Of a DNA stretch of 51,706 nt, positions 36,534-50,956 are shown piece by piece. Every line of letters starts with the position of its first letter. Within the stretch, counting starts at the first letter, position 1. Under the pieces are notes generated by a model. It was given only the letters and a program-made list of their open reading frames with translations, was not told the DNA's origin and ran no database searches. The position numbers and the translations under genes are program-made. The DNA lies in the NCBI GenBank assembly GCA_025201805.1, contig MU619275.1, positions 181,993 to 233,698 of the forward strand, in the 5' to 3' direction. The stretch is from Parasitella parasitica NRRL 2501 (Eukaryota > Fungi > Mucoromycota).

Positions 36534-37608
36534 TATATTTGTAGAAGTATTTTGTGTTTAGGAAGAAATGGAAACAAAGAAAAGGCGGGGTAGAGTTTAT
36601 ATATAGTTCCGTCAATTGAAGTGACTAAACACAAATACATCGAACACCGTCAATTTGTACACCTGCATTTCACACAAACCTTGATTTAACTTTTTGTCAG
36701 CATAAATGATATACTCCGCACTCAATTGTGCATTATTCTACATGAGCTGATTTAATGTTTATAAGGATGGAATGTACCATCAATCCAAAATGAAAAGCAT
36801 TGCCATGTATATACAGAGCAAAAAAAAATAAATGCTTGTAATTTGATAAAAGAACAGCCTCAAAATTTAGAAAAGTTATTAGTGTGCAATATATAATCGA
36901 GAAACAGAATCTGATTAATAATATGCATTCACAATTATTTGTATAAACATATCTTATTTTTTTTTTTTGTGCATCCATATTATCTGATGCATAAAGGATT
37001 GACATTGATGCTATTTAATAAACAACCTGGTTGTGTTTATACATATTGTATCACGAAATAATCGCATGAGTAGTATATTTTTAATGGTTGTTAATAATGG
37101 AAGTGTGGGGATGCATTCCTGCGCTCCAATCAGATGAACCAACTTTCATATGATTATGGAGGTAGTTGAAGAATAGTTTTTCCTTCTTACATACGCTGCT
37201 TTTTTCTTTTCTGAGCCTGCTTATTACGTAATGATGTACATAACGGCAGCTTCCATAGGAACATCTTATTGATGTATATTATGCATTAATTCATTGCGGA
37301 GTATTCATGCTTCGAAATCATGCCCTCATTTAATGGATCTTTTACCAAACAGCTTATAAATTTCCATGAGACGCATTTTTGGGTTGAAAAAATAACAATC
37401 AGAGGCTCAGCTTTTGTTGTGGACCCTGCATACAATATCTGGCTCCCACTTACATTTGTTGAGACTCACATAGTTTACTTTTGCCTTTTTCCGAAATTAA
37501 CAGTTTAGAGTTATGTATTGTATGTGTATTATGTGAATATTCATATAGGATGCTATATATATTTAATGAATGGCACTACTGTATTTACATTATGCAATTT
37601 TTTCTCCT

Positions 37609-40578
37609 CTAATCGCTTTTGTCTTTTATATCAGACAGTTCATATTGTTGACTTCCGTGGCCAGTAGTATTGATAGCTTCTGCAAGCCGAGATTTAGCCA
37701 TTTTAGTAGCTTCATTTATGACTGTAGTAACGATCCTTTCTGCAGGACCCCAAAGATTGAGAGCATAAACAACATAACCAATGCTGACACAGAGGATAAA
37801 AAGTATAAGGTAAAGAGGACTTTTGATAATAGCCATGAATTCATTCCACCCAAGAGCAATCATCATGATGATAACCCAAGATGGAATCTTGGCCGTTGTA
37901 GCTACTACAGAGCGCTTGGCTTCCAAATAAAACGCATCTGATTCGCGTTTAAATCTGTTGGTGATGTCAACTTGCTTGGCCTCGCCTAAAATTGTTAGTG
38001 ATTGTTCAAAGTCAAAGTCGTCTGTGGATTTGATTACGAACTCTTCATCCAAGCTCAAGTCAATCTTGGAGAATATTTTGATCAACAACAAGGTCTAAGA
38101 TATTTTTTTTTTGTTAAAGCAATCAATCTAAAGTAATCGTTGCCATCTGTTCACTGGAATTACCTCATCTCTAGCTTTTTTAAAGTAAGAATCTATGTCG
38201 TCTTCTGGCTCCCAGACTTTGGGAAGTCCCTTGTCGTCATAACGGAACTTTTCTTCGAATCTTAAATAAAAGTGAGTAAGACCTTGGATACAATCTGTTA
38301 CTTTAACATTCCAAGTACCTGTTACGAAGCTTTAATAATAGCAAATTGTCTGTCAATTCTTCATCCACTTTTTTACGGAGTACAACCCAAGTCTGTCTCT
38401 TAAGATCAGCAGTAGACTCGGCAATTTCTTCTTCTGAGGAATCGAAACCTATAAAGATGTTGTATCAGCAATACTATTTCTTTCTACAAAGTGTTTCCAC
38501 TCACTTTTAGCTTTTTTAGCCAGCAGTTTTTCGCCATCAGAAACAGTTGATTTGTATATTTCAATGATTTTGTGCCACATGTCTTTTTCAGGACGATTAA
38601 GTTCGAGAGCAACAGGATCTGCAAGTTCAGATTCAATTTGCTTTTCAAGCGACTTGTTCATCTTTCTGAATTCCTCGACTCGAGCTCTTGATGATATTTC
38701 TGTGAAATCTTCGTTTAAAAGCTCTTGTTCGTGAGAGTATGACCAATCTGTATCTGATAAGATGATAGCTAAAAGAAAAGAAAAATCAGAATAAACTTAA
38801 TTACGACGACGATTGCCTGCCGATGCCTCGTCCTCCCCCCCCCTTTTTTTTTTGTTCTACCTTTAGCACCATTTAAAAACATATCATTAGCTTCTTTTTT
38901 ACAAGAAGACACAGCCTCGGCAAAGTTATATCCAGGTATTTTCAAGTGCTTTTGGAGGTTTTCATCAAACCTGATGATGGCCTTCTTGTGGAGGTTATTC
39001 AATTGACCAACAAAATATACTCCCAATTGAGTATTCAGCTTGACAAGCATTTCTAGTCGCTTTTTTTGATAAACACCTTGATTATAACGAGATGCGCTCT
39101 TGTCAAAAGTCTGAATTGCTTCTTCCCTCATCAACTTCATTTGTTCACCCAAGTCAGGAATGATTTGATTCTTTTCCAGGATGGGTGATTTGAATGGAGC
39201 AATTTGCTCTTTAAATGCTTCAAACGCAGCCTACAATACAAATCAACGGGTTGGTATAAATGTCTGAGATATATCAAGTGATGCTACTGTACGTTTGAAA
39301 TTTCGTCACATCTATATTGGGCTAATAATTCTTGTTGGGTAGGTAGGTCCAAATCCTTGTTGGTAAGCACTTTATCCCAAATACTAGAAGCATACATAGT
39401 ATAACCATCTGCGGGAATCCGTTTATGATATTCAGGGCGGAAGACAAAATCAGGATTCTCGGCATCGTTGAATCTAGTATTGGTAGGTCGGTACATGTAA
39501 ATACCCTTTACAATTTCGCTTTTTTTTTTTACCTTGAGCGAAGTTTTATTACTTCTTGATCGAATTTTTCTGGCAGCAAAACCTTGTGTGGCAACCCAGT
39601 AAACATGAAATCAAAATAGTCAGTAATTTTGCAATCCTCTAGACCTTCAGGCTGTAATAAAATTCTTTAATCAAACAAAACATTCCAAGATGGTGCTCAT
39701 TCATTTTTCTTTACCTTTGACAAGCTCTCCCAAATCTTTTCTAAATCCGCCTTCAATGTCTTTGCTAGATTTTCTAAGGGTGTGGCGCCAACGAAATCTC
39801 GAATGACCATCAACAATAAAGTCTTTTCTTTGCTACGAGATACAACAGTTGACAAAAGCACGTGTTTATCATAACCAAGAACACTACCTTTTCTGATTTT
39901 GAAACAGCTGTAAGTTGACTTCAAACACAGTTTTCAAAAGACCCATATTTGCACCTTGGTAAAGGCCTACTTGATGTTCCCATAAATTGATAATGATAAC
40001 TTCGCTAGTTGCCATAGAAAACAAGGCAGACTTTCGTTCAAAGTCTTGATCTTCACCTCTTTCACGGCCGTCAGTACCCTCGACATCCATCACAAGGACA
40101 TGCATCCCTCTACCACGAGACAGCCAAATGCCTTTTGTAGTCTGTTGACGCTGGTTTTCATCCATTTCAACAAATGAGGTACCAAAGAGCCGATTCAATA
40201 AGGTGCCTTTGATGGTGGAAAGGTAAATTGACTGTTGTGTGCTTGCGGGGCAAGGATACTTACTTTTGCCGGTACTTTGAGAGCCAAAAACGGCCACAAC
40301 GTTATATTTGAAGCCAACATCTGCTAAACCCCAGGTTTTCATGTAATCAGGAAGTAGCTCACTAGCATTTAAGTGATTAGTATTTGATGAATTAATTGTA
40401 GAAAAAGATTGCATTACGTGAATTTTTGATGTTCATCTACAACTTGAAGACGAGGAATAGTCTCCAAGTCATGGTCCCAGTCTTTGATTGCACTGGTGCT
40501 TGTCTTGATTGTGGATAAGGTTTCAGTAGGGGCAGAGATCGAAGGGTTTTCGTCAGAGTGACTAATAGTGGATTCCAT
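37609..40578 (-). CDS. SEY1: ER fusion dynamin-like GTPase Sey1/RHD3 (multi-exon)
   Basis: [66 protein letters not shown]; C-terminal hairpin TM LGWNEF. Confidence 0.97.
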
Positions 40579-40785
40579 CTTGAAAATATCTGTTGAAGAG
40601 TGGAGAGAAAAGAAAAACCGATACTATCAAGTTTTTATACACAACGGAACTGGAACGGAGCAGCCAATTGATGTGCACTGTGTATGCAGATTTTTGAATA
40701 AGCGTCGCTTCCGGAGCGTCATGTCGACGCATCTCATCTGCTCTTTTCGTCCATTCCAGACATTGTGCCGCATAGATATAACAAG
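40579..40785. promoter_or_regulatory. Probable bidirectional promoter between SEY1 and the RmlD-like gene
   Basis: Divergent start codons at 40578 and 40786, only 207 bp apart. Confidence 0.55.
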
Positions 40786-42201
40786 ATGAAAGTTGTTGTC
40801 ACTGGTGCTTCAGGCTTATTGGGTAGAGCAACTGCAAAGCAATTCAAAAATGCTGGTCACCATGGTAACTATGAACAAGATATTCAGTGAAAGCTGTATT
40901 AGACAAAACCATCAAATGTAGTTGTTGGCACAGCGTTTTCTCGTACAAAAGGCGATTTAGCCAAAGTAAGTCATGAGATTTAATTATCACTGATCAAGTC
41001 TGTTTACCAATTTTCATATGTTAGTTGGATTTAACAGATGCTGCAGCAGTAGAACGCTTTTTAAAAGAACAGAAACCTGACGGTAAGCTTCATCTACAGA
41101 CATATTTCTTGTAGTACCGACATTTCACGAGCTAGTTTTGGTTCATTGCGCTGCTGAGCGTCGCCCAGATGTTGCAGAACGGGATCGAGATGCCGTGTTG
41201 CGCGTAAGTAGAAGGTCGAAAGATGCCAAGATCTTATTCTAATTAGTCCTGTTTTCAGCTAAATGTCGAAACCCCTAGAGATTTGGGAAAAATCTGTAAA
41301 GAAACAGGAATCATGCTCATCTACATTAGCACTGATTACGTCTTTGATGGAAATTCTCCTCCATACGAAGTCGAAGATAAGCCAAACCCTTTGAACTTTT
41401 ACGGCCAAACAAAATTAGATGGAGAGGAAGCTATCAAAAGTGTGTATCCTGAGGCCGTAATTCTTCGTGTGCCCATCTTGTATGGCAACACCGAGTATAA
41501 TGGAGAATCTGCAATTAATGTCTTGATCGATGTTGTTTTAGTAAGTTTTTATAATCTGAAAGGATAACTCCATCATTCTGATCTTTATTGTTGTAGAAGC
41601 ACGACAAACCCGCTGATGTTGATAATGTTGCAAGCCGTTATCCTACCAATGGTATGTCTTTTATCAATGTTGTACATTATTTAATTACTGTATATTCACA
41701 ATCTTGCAGTTGAAGATGTTGGAAGAGTGCTCAAGGATTTGGCAGGTACAGAATTTATTTGCATTTTATCATCTGATGATTCTCGACCGTATGTCTTACC
41801 ACTGCTTTAGCTGCCAAGATTGAAAATCATAAAGATATCAAGGGAATCTACCATTTTTCAGGCAAAGAGAGAGTTACAAAATACCAAGTCTGTGGTGAGT
41901 CAAAGCGAGATAAGGACATAGTGTGGGCGACTGAACGAAATCGAATTAGAAATCATAGGTGACATTTTGGATGCTCCTATCAATCACCTTACGCCACAAA
42001 ACACTGTCGACAAAGCTGCTTCAGGTACTTGAAATCTTTAATGAATAAGGTTTTGATTCGCGTTTGTAACATTGTGATAAACAAGTTTCCAGACCTGAAG
42101 ATTCTCATTTGTCCAACAAACGTTTGCAAGAAAACGGCATTGACATAAATTGTGTGAAGCTTGCCACTTGGTTCTCTGAGAATTTAGGGCCTAGGGACTA
42201 A
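40786..42201 (+). CDS. RmlD-like/MAT2B-like NAD(P)-binding reductase (10 exons)
   Basis: MKVVVTGASGLLGR, VHCAAERRPDVAE, YISTDYVFDG, PLNFYGQTK, LRVPILYG and RYPTNVEDV; nine GT-AG introns. Confidence 0.92.
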
Positions 42202-42643
42202 CTAATTGATCAATAAAGGCATATTGCCTACAACCGACGCTTGTGCTTGCCTGAGATCAGAAGCCTGCTGTGGTTTTTAAAACTATGAATCTGCGTGGAC
42301 TGTTTGAGCTTACTGATAAGAGATGCCATGAAAGAGGGCACGTTGCCGAGTACGTTGGGTCTGAGGGAAACCGAGATAATTAAGTGGGTCGGGATCTTTT
42401 GCAGTCTGGAGAGGAGGGATGTTCATATCAGCCAGTAACCGATGCCAAAAGCTACTGGCATGACAACCAGACAGCGAAGCCCTACAGAACAAATCCATAT
42501 AATACAGTACTTTATTTGAACAGTCGACATCATTGTTTGAAGGCGCGATTACGAACCAAACGCGATTTTAAAAAGCTGGAGATAAGCGTGTTGTCAGGAT
42601 CTTTTCCCCTTCAACATAAATTGTATAATAAAATAAACACATA

Positions 42644-44569
42644 ATGACATCTAATCATAGCAAGCGTGTGCGTAATGTTTTACCTAGAAATGCCTCACGA
42701 AAAGCATCAAACAGCAATGCATCAAGTTCGGATTCAGTGCGAGAACATCGACATCTAAAGCGAGTCAATTCTTCAGAAGACTATATCGAGCACCAAGATT
42801 CATCAGAGGACAGAACTAAAAGATCGCATCGTCGACGTTCGGTTGACAAGGCTTCAAGCCACTCAAAGCACAGTGGGTCTTTGTCCAAGTCTTCAGCTAC
42901 TCCATCAAATGCAAAATCAGCTGGGAGGAAGAGAAGCCTTTCCTCAAATGAAACGAAATCAGCAAAAAGGCCCAAGAGAGCTGCCAAACCCGGTCGCCCT
43001 CCTCGGAAATTACCTTTACTGAGTAATAGATGCTCAAATATGCTGCAGACTCGTATTAAAAACACATCTTTTCCCTTATGTATAGGTGACACTTACATCC
43101 TGAAATATGTCCTCGAAGGACACGCGGAAATCAACATCCCTGTGCGAGACAAGGACGACGTCGAAGATAGTAAGGATATATGGTGTTGCGAGTTTGAACC
43201 TACCGCCAATGATTCAGGCCCTGCCCAAAACTTGGCTATCTGTGCGTCGTACACTGTGCTGTTTGCTGACACATCTCAAGGCAAATATGTGAAAAAATAC
43301 ACTCATGTTGAAAATCAAGAGATTTTCTACTGCATGGCTTGGACACGACTTGAAGGGGAGCATTTACTCGATGCAGCAGCGTTAGACGAGGAAGAGGAAG
43401 TTAGATTCTGTAATGTTCTCGCAGTTGCAGGCCGACTAGGCTCGATCAAACTAATAAGCCCGTTGCAGAATGAGTGTTATCGCTACTTGTCTGGACACCA
43501 AAAAGCTGTTTTGGCAATGACATTTGCTAAAACAGAGCCTCGCTGGCTATTCAGTGAGTCCACACGCAGGAAAAGATGCAGAATTGCTACTAACATCTTA
43601 CTTTAGCTGCTTCTGCTGATAAAACAGTTCAATTATGGGATATCGGGTCGCCAACTAACACGACGGATAACTCCATGTAAGATTTGATTGAAAAATATTC
43701 AGCCTTCTGTTACCCGTAATGCTGATGAAATACGATAGATGTTTGGCCCGCTTCAAACTACCAGAAAGCTCTGGCGAACCTTCAGCTGTGAGTGTATCGT
43801 ACGATTTATCCACTCTGATGGTGGGTTGTAATAATGGCGATTTGGTTGAATTCAAGATAACTGCGGCCCAATTGAAGCAGTTCAAAAAGCTAGCAGAATC
43901 ATCCAGGCAAAATGACTTCAAAGCAAATAAAGGAACCAAGACACCAACTGTTGATCGTTCGATTAAATTTCCCGCAGGAGATGAATGGCATGAGGGCTAT
44001 GTGGATGATATTCATATCCTCGGTCAAGACGGAGACAATCGTGATAAATCATACAACAAAATCGGTATGGCTACGAGCAAGAAAAATATCATTTTATTTA
44101 CTAAACACATTCATCTGTAGTCTCCCGAGGAGCAAAAGATATGGAAATCCTCGTGTGGGATCCTGTTGGAAGCACACGCACTGATGCGAACATTGAAATG
44201 TCATTGGATTGGCCGGATGCAGCAGACTGTACAGGATTAAGATTCAGAGTGATTGAGAAAAATGGGCAAAAAGTACTGCTTGCAGGAGAGTACGATGGCC
44301 AAATTTTCATATATAATATTGGCAATGGGCGAAAGAGTAAAACGCTGGCGGATAACAGTAAAGAACAATTTACACCAGATAGAGTAAGTTTTTCAAAGTG
44401 AAGGCATTCATTATATAAATATATGTATTGATAAAGTCTGTAGATTTTGGCTCATAGCATGTCAACTGAAATGATACGTGATGTAACCTGCTCATACGAC
44501 ACCAAGACCATAGCTGCTGTCGATAACAATAATAATATTTTTATCTGGACATCATCAAGTTCCCGTTAA
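42644..44569 (+). CDS. WD40 protein, LRWD1/ORCA-like (EED-related propeller), with basic low-complexity N-terminus (5 exons)
   Basis: IWCCEFEP...EIFYCMAWT...VLAVAGRLGSIKL...GHQKAVLAMTF...LFTASADKTVQLWDIG; N-terminal KPGRPPRK. Confidence 0.8.
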
Positions 44570-44836
44570 ATGTTTGAAACATCACTCAATGAACTCTGTA
44601 GTTTCAAAAAAACGATATATAAAGTATATCGCCCAACATCAAATAGCGCCTAATCTAAATCTAAAATGACATGAAGCTTCGTTTTTTTTTTGAGAACATT
44701 ATGCTTGTAATAAACACTATTTTTGGTTTTATTTTGGAACGTACACTTTTGCACAATAGACTAAAAAGGGGTAAAAGAAACATGTACAATGTGTGTTTGA
44801 TCATAAAAATTTCTATAGAGAATAATTTGACTGGCC

Positions 44837-46373
44837 TTAGCTCTTCCAAGCACTAGGATTTGTACGATTACAGATCAATTGAGTACGATCATAGGAGTTG
44901 CGGTTCTTGTTGGCAACGATTTGGAAACAAGTGGCACTGCCTTGACGGGAAGAAATGACGGACCATGAAAGGAAGATTTCCCAAATGCGAACCAGCTTTT
45001 CACCATACTTGGCCTTCATAGCGTCTTTGTTCTTCATCCAGTTCTCGTACCATCTGTCAAGAGTGGCAGAGTAATGAACACCAACAGTATCGACGTTATG
45101 GATTTCAAAACCGGCCATTTCAAGTTGACGAAGATACCAATACAAAGGAGTGGAGGCATCGGCACCAGGGAAAATATATCTGGCCATGAAGAGACCCCTT
45201 TAATAGTAGAGTTTAAAAAGACTAATTAGTCCATGTAACCTTCACATGCAATGAATAGACAGAAAAATACCAAATAAAGTCCTCGTATTGCCATGTAGCT
45301 CTCAAACCAGCAACCTGCATGTAAAAGAGACCATCATCTTCCAAGAGCTCACGAATTTCACAGAGGAAGGTCTGGAAGCGACGAATACCAACATGTTCAG
45401 CCATTTCCACAGCCTGTTATAAGGTTGAAAGTCAGTATGGAAACGTAACAAAGAAAGATGTCCTTACCGTGATTTTGTCATACTTTTGGGTCTTGGGAAT
45501 GTCACGATAATCCATACAAAGGAGATTAGCCTTGTCCTTGACGCCCCATTCTTTAATTCGTTCTTCGCCAAACGCAACTTGATTACGAGCCAGAGTGACA
45601 CCAGTAGATTGACTTCCGTAATTCTTGGAAGCATAGGCTACCAAAGTTCCCCAACCACACCCAATGTCCAAATGCTTTTCGCCCTCCTTCAAGTGGAGCT
45701 TTTCGCAGACGAGTTTCATTTTGTTTTCTTGCAGCTCCTCCAAAGTTTCGCGCTTGGTAGGGTCTGAAATGATACCGGATGTATAAACCATAAGAGGGCC
45801 CAAGAAGGCTTCATAGAAATCATTGCCACGGTCGTAGTGATCACGGACTTGGTTCTCATCTTGTTCGCGAGAGTGCCAGAAGGTCTCAGGAAGCCATTGA
45901 GTCAAGAAGAACTTGAATTGGCCAAGCGTAAACTCGAAAGCAGCCCAGTCGTGACGAAGCTCCATAATTTCCAAAGCATCGCCATTGAAATCAACCTTAC
46001 CGACAAAATAAGCTTCAAAGAAAGTTTCCATAGGAATCTTGTTGCGGCCGTTGTATTTGGCCTTGAGTTCAGCATCGTGGAAAGTCAAGTAGTGCTCGAT
46101 AGGTTTGCCAGGAAGAGGGATGTGGTTTCTGTAACGGGGAGCAAAACGAGAGAAAAGGTAGATGGTCGATGCCAAGATGGGCAGGAACAAGAGCAATGTG
46201 ATGACAGGGAAGGCCCAAAGAGGCGATCCCAATGTATAGGTGATGAATGCGGGAATACCTATAACAGCAGCACCCAAAACACGGTTATCAAACGTCTGAT
46301 TGCCAGCACCTTCAGCAGGTAGGGTAGCGTTATTGATAGCCGCCCAAGTGGTCGGTTTAAATGGTTTTGACAT
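44837..46373 (-). CDS. Sphingolipid C9-methyltransferase (cyclopropane-synthase-like SAM methyltransferase), 3 coding exons
   Basis: LPAEGAG, two N-terminal TM helices, KIPMETF, QVRDHYDRGNDFY, LDIGCGWG, EMAEHVG, YIFPGADAS and GVHYSATL. Confidence 0.92.
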
Positions 46374-48094
46374 CTACATGAGAACGTTTGGTTAGTTGAA
46401 CGCGACAATGAGCAGTGGAGATCTCCTCCTAAAAAAAACCCCAGAAAGAACTCCCGTTTCTCGTCGCATAGTTGCGGTTGGCATGAATATTTTTTTTTTT
46501 TTTTTTTACCTTTTGTGTGTCTTCTAGTGAAAAAGAGAAAAAAGGAAAGAGAGCAGCGAAAATATCAGGCTTTAAAGAAATTCGAAAAAGTTGAGTTTTG
46601 CCTAGTTCTCTTTGTGTTACATGTCAATAGCTATTAACTGGCTGCTGATACGGTGATTAACGAGGATATCCGCTTTTAGGCATTAGCAATTTAGGTCTCG
46701 TTTTCTATACAGTATGTTATTATCCGGTTTTTGGATATCATACGGTAAAAGAGCTAAGGAATTGAGTTGTACAAGATTTTGAATTGTTGTTTTGTTTGTT
46801 TTATTTGTTTTGAGAAAGCAAACAATAAAGCAGGCCTCATCCTGAAACAAGATAACGCGCGAGTATACTTGAACATTGCACAGTAAAAAGAGCCGCTGTG
46901 GATACAACATAATGCGGATGTGTGCCGTACTGGGATTATTTTAGTGCTGAGCAAGACTTTGCTTATGCTCTTGATCTTGCAAAACATACCATCAGTCGAA
47001 TATGCATTGCCTACAAAAGAAACCACTGTCCCAAGCAAAATTTATGGGAGATCAGAGGCACATCACTATCAACAATGTGAGAAATTAAGACCTTATTGAA
47101 CCGGTTACAGCTGTTACTACTAATGTTGCACCAACCTACAAACATGGATTTACTTTACCCAGATAACTGAAATAGCTGTCTGTAAAAGCAGCAGATTTTT
47201 CATATTTATATCCATGTAATAGCTTGTAACCGAGAATGCATCCAAAGTTTGTTAAGGATAAATCAAAAATACGTAATGTAAATCAAAAGAGAATCAAGTA
47301 ATCAAACGAAAGAGGACCCTTTTTTTTTTTTTTTTTTATAAAAGTTTTGTTTTGAAACATAAAGCTATGATCATAGGGCAGTCGTTTGGTATAGCTTCGG
47401 CTTTGGTTTAAAAGGCTTTTAATGGTCATATTCTCATGATACTAAATTTTTAATTGAGTACTGAGCAATATTTCAAGGCTTTGAAAAGTCCTCCAGTGTC
47501 GCATTATTTTTATACTTATTTACAAAAAAAAATTGCATTTCATTTCATGCTTTGTATATAATATATGTCTAATTGCTTTTTACATATCCTTCCACGTCCA
47601 AATTTCATAACATCGTATACATACATTGAACAAACAGTGGTGCAAGGCTCGAGAAAAAAAAATTTCAAGCTCCTCGTAATCTGACATGTAGATCTTTCAG
47701 GGCAAATAGCTTAAATGCAACTGAGGCTTACAAACCTCGCTTTACTTCATAATCACATCAATAGAGTTATATATAATATGAAAAATGTCAAAAAAAACAC
47801 AAAAATCCTATTACTTTTCTCAGTTAATGTACAAAAACTTTATCGCTATATCTAAACAACCAACCATTGATTACGAAGAATAGACAAAATTAAAAAACTA
47901 GCCAACACAAAAAATCGATAAATTGTTAAAGTATTTGTTCGCTTATCCTATACAAAATAAGCAAGGGAGTTTGGCATCGCACAAGGCAGGCGGCAATGAC
48001 CCATGTCTGAAAGTACCATTTACTGAATATTATCATAACCATCTAAAAGCAGTTTTTTTTTTATTCTTTTATATATATAAGGTAAATGTCGTAA

Positions 48095-49393
48095 TTAGGC
48101 CCTGACGGGAGCAGTAACGCGTGCCTTACGAGCACCGAGGAGAACGAGCACCCAAACAGACCAGTCAAACAAAACTTCCTTGGCAAGGAACAAGAAGGCA
48201 GCGGTAAGAACGGATTGCACAATCTTTGAAGAAATACCCTTATAAAGACCGGCGACGCCTTCACTTGCAATAATTTTCTTAAAACCATCTAAAATGGAGG
48301 AATACTTTTCATCACCTTGCTGGCTAACTTGCATACGAGACTTGATGACAATGTATGGGTAAGTGATGGCAGTAGCGCAAAGCTTAGAAATAGCACCCAA
48401 GAGGAAGAAATCAAGATTACCAGGAGTCTTATGCTTGGAAAGCTTGTTTTTGGCTTGTTCAAAGACAGTATATTGGATGATAGGGTTGATGACCAGCACC
48501 AAAGCAGCACGAACACCAGCATAAAGGCCGGCAAGGCCTTCAGTCTTGAGGATTTGAGCACCAACAGAGAAGGCATTAGCTTTGGAAGCTTTCTCATCAC
48601 CCTCAACACCCTTCCTAACTGTCAAACGAGTCTAAAAAAAAATATCATGACTAATATTAGATGACCGAAATTTAACCTCTTTCCCACAGATCTTACATTG
48701 ACTGTCCAGATAGGATGAGTGGCAATAACAACAGCGCAACCAGCAATAGCACCAGACAGCATAGATTCACCAGTGCTCATAGGCTTACCCTTACCCTTGG
48801 CCTTTTCAAAAATAGCCTTGACAGCTTCGTAACAGTAGTAATATACACCTATAAATGTGTCAATGACACACTGCTCCCAAAAGCAAAGAATTTTAGTCAA
48901 GCTTACCATTAGTGATGGCAATACCAAAAATGCCGGAGCTCAAACCACTGAAAGAAGAGATACAATAAACATCATGCAAACAAGATATCATCACGCTTCA
49001 ATAAATGAACGAAACTTACGAATACAGGCCCTTGGGACCTTCCTTTGCAAGAATTTTGACAAAGGCATCCAAGGTGTTCTATAAAAGGGCAGTTGAAAAA
49101 TGAGCATTTGTCATGATGGTACAAACAGCTTCAAATTAGATTCCCGTCATTCCCATTGTAGGAGAAATCAAGGCACAGAATTGTAAGCTTTGTTTACCTT
49201 GTAAGCATCCTTGCTGGCATCATTCTTTTGGACTTGGAGACGAGAGCTGATCGATACAAGGGGATAGGTCAAGGCCATAGAGACAATACCTCCACCAGCA
49301 CCTAATAAAACCAGTTTTCACGTCAACGTGCATTCGTCAGTTAACGCATTCGAACGACCTACCAGAAAGAGCATGAGCAACGTTATCAGACAT
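48095..49393 (-). CDS. PMP47: Peroxisomal carrier, PMP47/SLC25A17-like (6 exons)
   Basis: MSDNVAHALSGAGGGIVSMALTYPL, THPIWTVNTR, LVINPIIQYTVFEQ and TYPYIVIKSR are three mitochondrial-carrier repeats with PMP47-type motifs. Confidence 0.88.
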
Positions 49394-49963
49394 CTTGGGT
49401 AATAACTATTTGTAATGAAAAAGAAGAACAAGAAAAAGAGATGGAAAAAAAAAAGGATAGTAAAAAATAGAGATTTAAATGGCAGTAAAAATTAACTGAT
49501 ATAATTGATGTGTCATGAATATAATCTGGGGAAAGTGACTGAGAAGGCCTTCTTCTGTTGTGTGGTTTCCACTGGGATTCAAGACATGTGAAATGAAGCA
49601 GCCAGCGAATCAGAACAAAGTGTGGAGAGATTTGAGTAACAGTTTAAATCATTCAACTCAATCTTGCTGACAGAGCCAAAATTGCGTGCAGTTCTCACAT
49701 GTATTCCGCTGCAACCCGAACAACAATGAATTTTGAATCTCCATGTAAAATCAATTTCATTGCATAAGCATATTCTCCTTTCATATGGTCTTTGGATGCG
49801 TCTTGCTTTTTTCGGGCTGCATGTCAAATTTTTGGCCTACTCTAAGCAGTGACTGGGCCGAATTCACCTCATTATAATTTGTTCTCTTTTCTTTTGTTCT
49901 TCCACTTCTTTTTCCTTTCTATTCTCATTTCATTAAATTAACCCCTCACTCTTAATAAGCAAC

Positions 49964-50956
49964 ATGTCTACATCCCAAGCTTCCCCCGACAAATACACTC
50001 AAGTCAGAGAAGATATTGCAAAGGCATTCCCCAATGAAGATTATGATGATGGATCATTTGCCCCTGTTGTGTAAGTCATCATGCGCTACGCAATCATTTA
50101 GATTTCTAATCATATATGCCGCCCTAAAGCCTTCGCTTAGCATGGCACGCAAGTGGCACTTACGATAAGGAGCACAAGGATGGCGGTAGTGATGGCGCTA
50201 CTATGCGTTATAAGGCTGAAGCAGAAGACCCTGCCAATGCTGGTTTAGAACATGCCAGACATTTCCTTGATCCTATCAAAGCCAAGCACGGTTGGATCTC
50301 ATATGCTGATTTGTGGACGTAAGTATTTATAACAGAGATCGAAGGATTTCAGCATATTTATCCTTCGTTAGTCTTGCTGGTTGTGTCGCTGTTGAGCACA
50401 TGGGTGGTCCCCATATCGAGTGGACTGGTGGTCGCCGCGATAAGGGTAATGAGACTGAATGCCCTCCTCTTGGTCGTCTTCCTGACGGTGCTCTTGGAAA
50501 GGACCACGTTCTCGATGTCTTTGTTTCTCGTATGGGCTTCACTGTCCAAGAAACTGTTGCGTTGATCGGCGCTCACACAGTTGGTCGTTGCCATGCTGAC
50601 CGCTCTGGTTTCGATGGTCCCTGGACTTACAATCCTACCCGTTTCTCTAATCAATTGTAAGCGTGTTGACTATAGGATCCAATGGGAAAATGTTGTTTAC
50701 TGATGCCCGTCTCTATAGCTACAAACTTCTCCTCAATGTTACATGGGTTGAAAAGAATTGGGATGGCCCCAGACAATTTGTCGATGAAGATGAAGGAGAA
50801 ATCATGATGTTGCCTACTGATATGGCACTCTTGGAAGAACCCTTTCGTCAATACGTGGAACTCTATGCCAAAGATCAACAAAGATTCTTTGATGACTTCT
50901 CTGCTGCTTTTCTCAAGCTAATAGAATTGGGTGTTGCAAAGAGATCAAAGATGTAA
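49964..50956 (+). CDS. Class I heme peroxidase, cytochrome c peroxidase-like (CCP2 type), no mitochondrial presequence, ends -SKM (4 exons)
   Basis: [57 protein letters not shown] and MMLPTD. Confidence 0.93.

Noticed and set aside
40240-40263. GTAAGTATCCTT in a SEY1 intron as a U12 donor
   Set aside because: The reading frame requires the upstream canonical GTAAGT donor; the ATCCTT match is offset.
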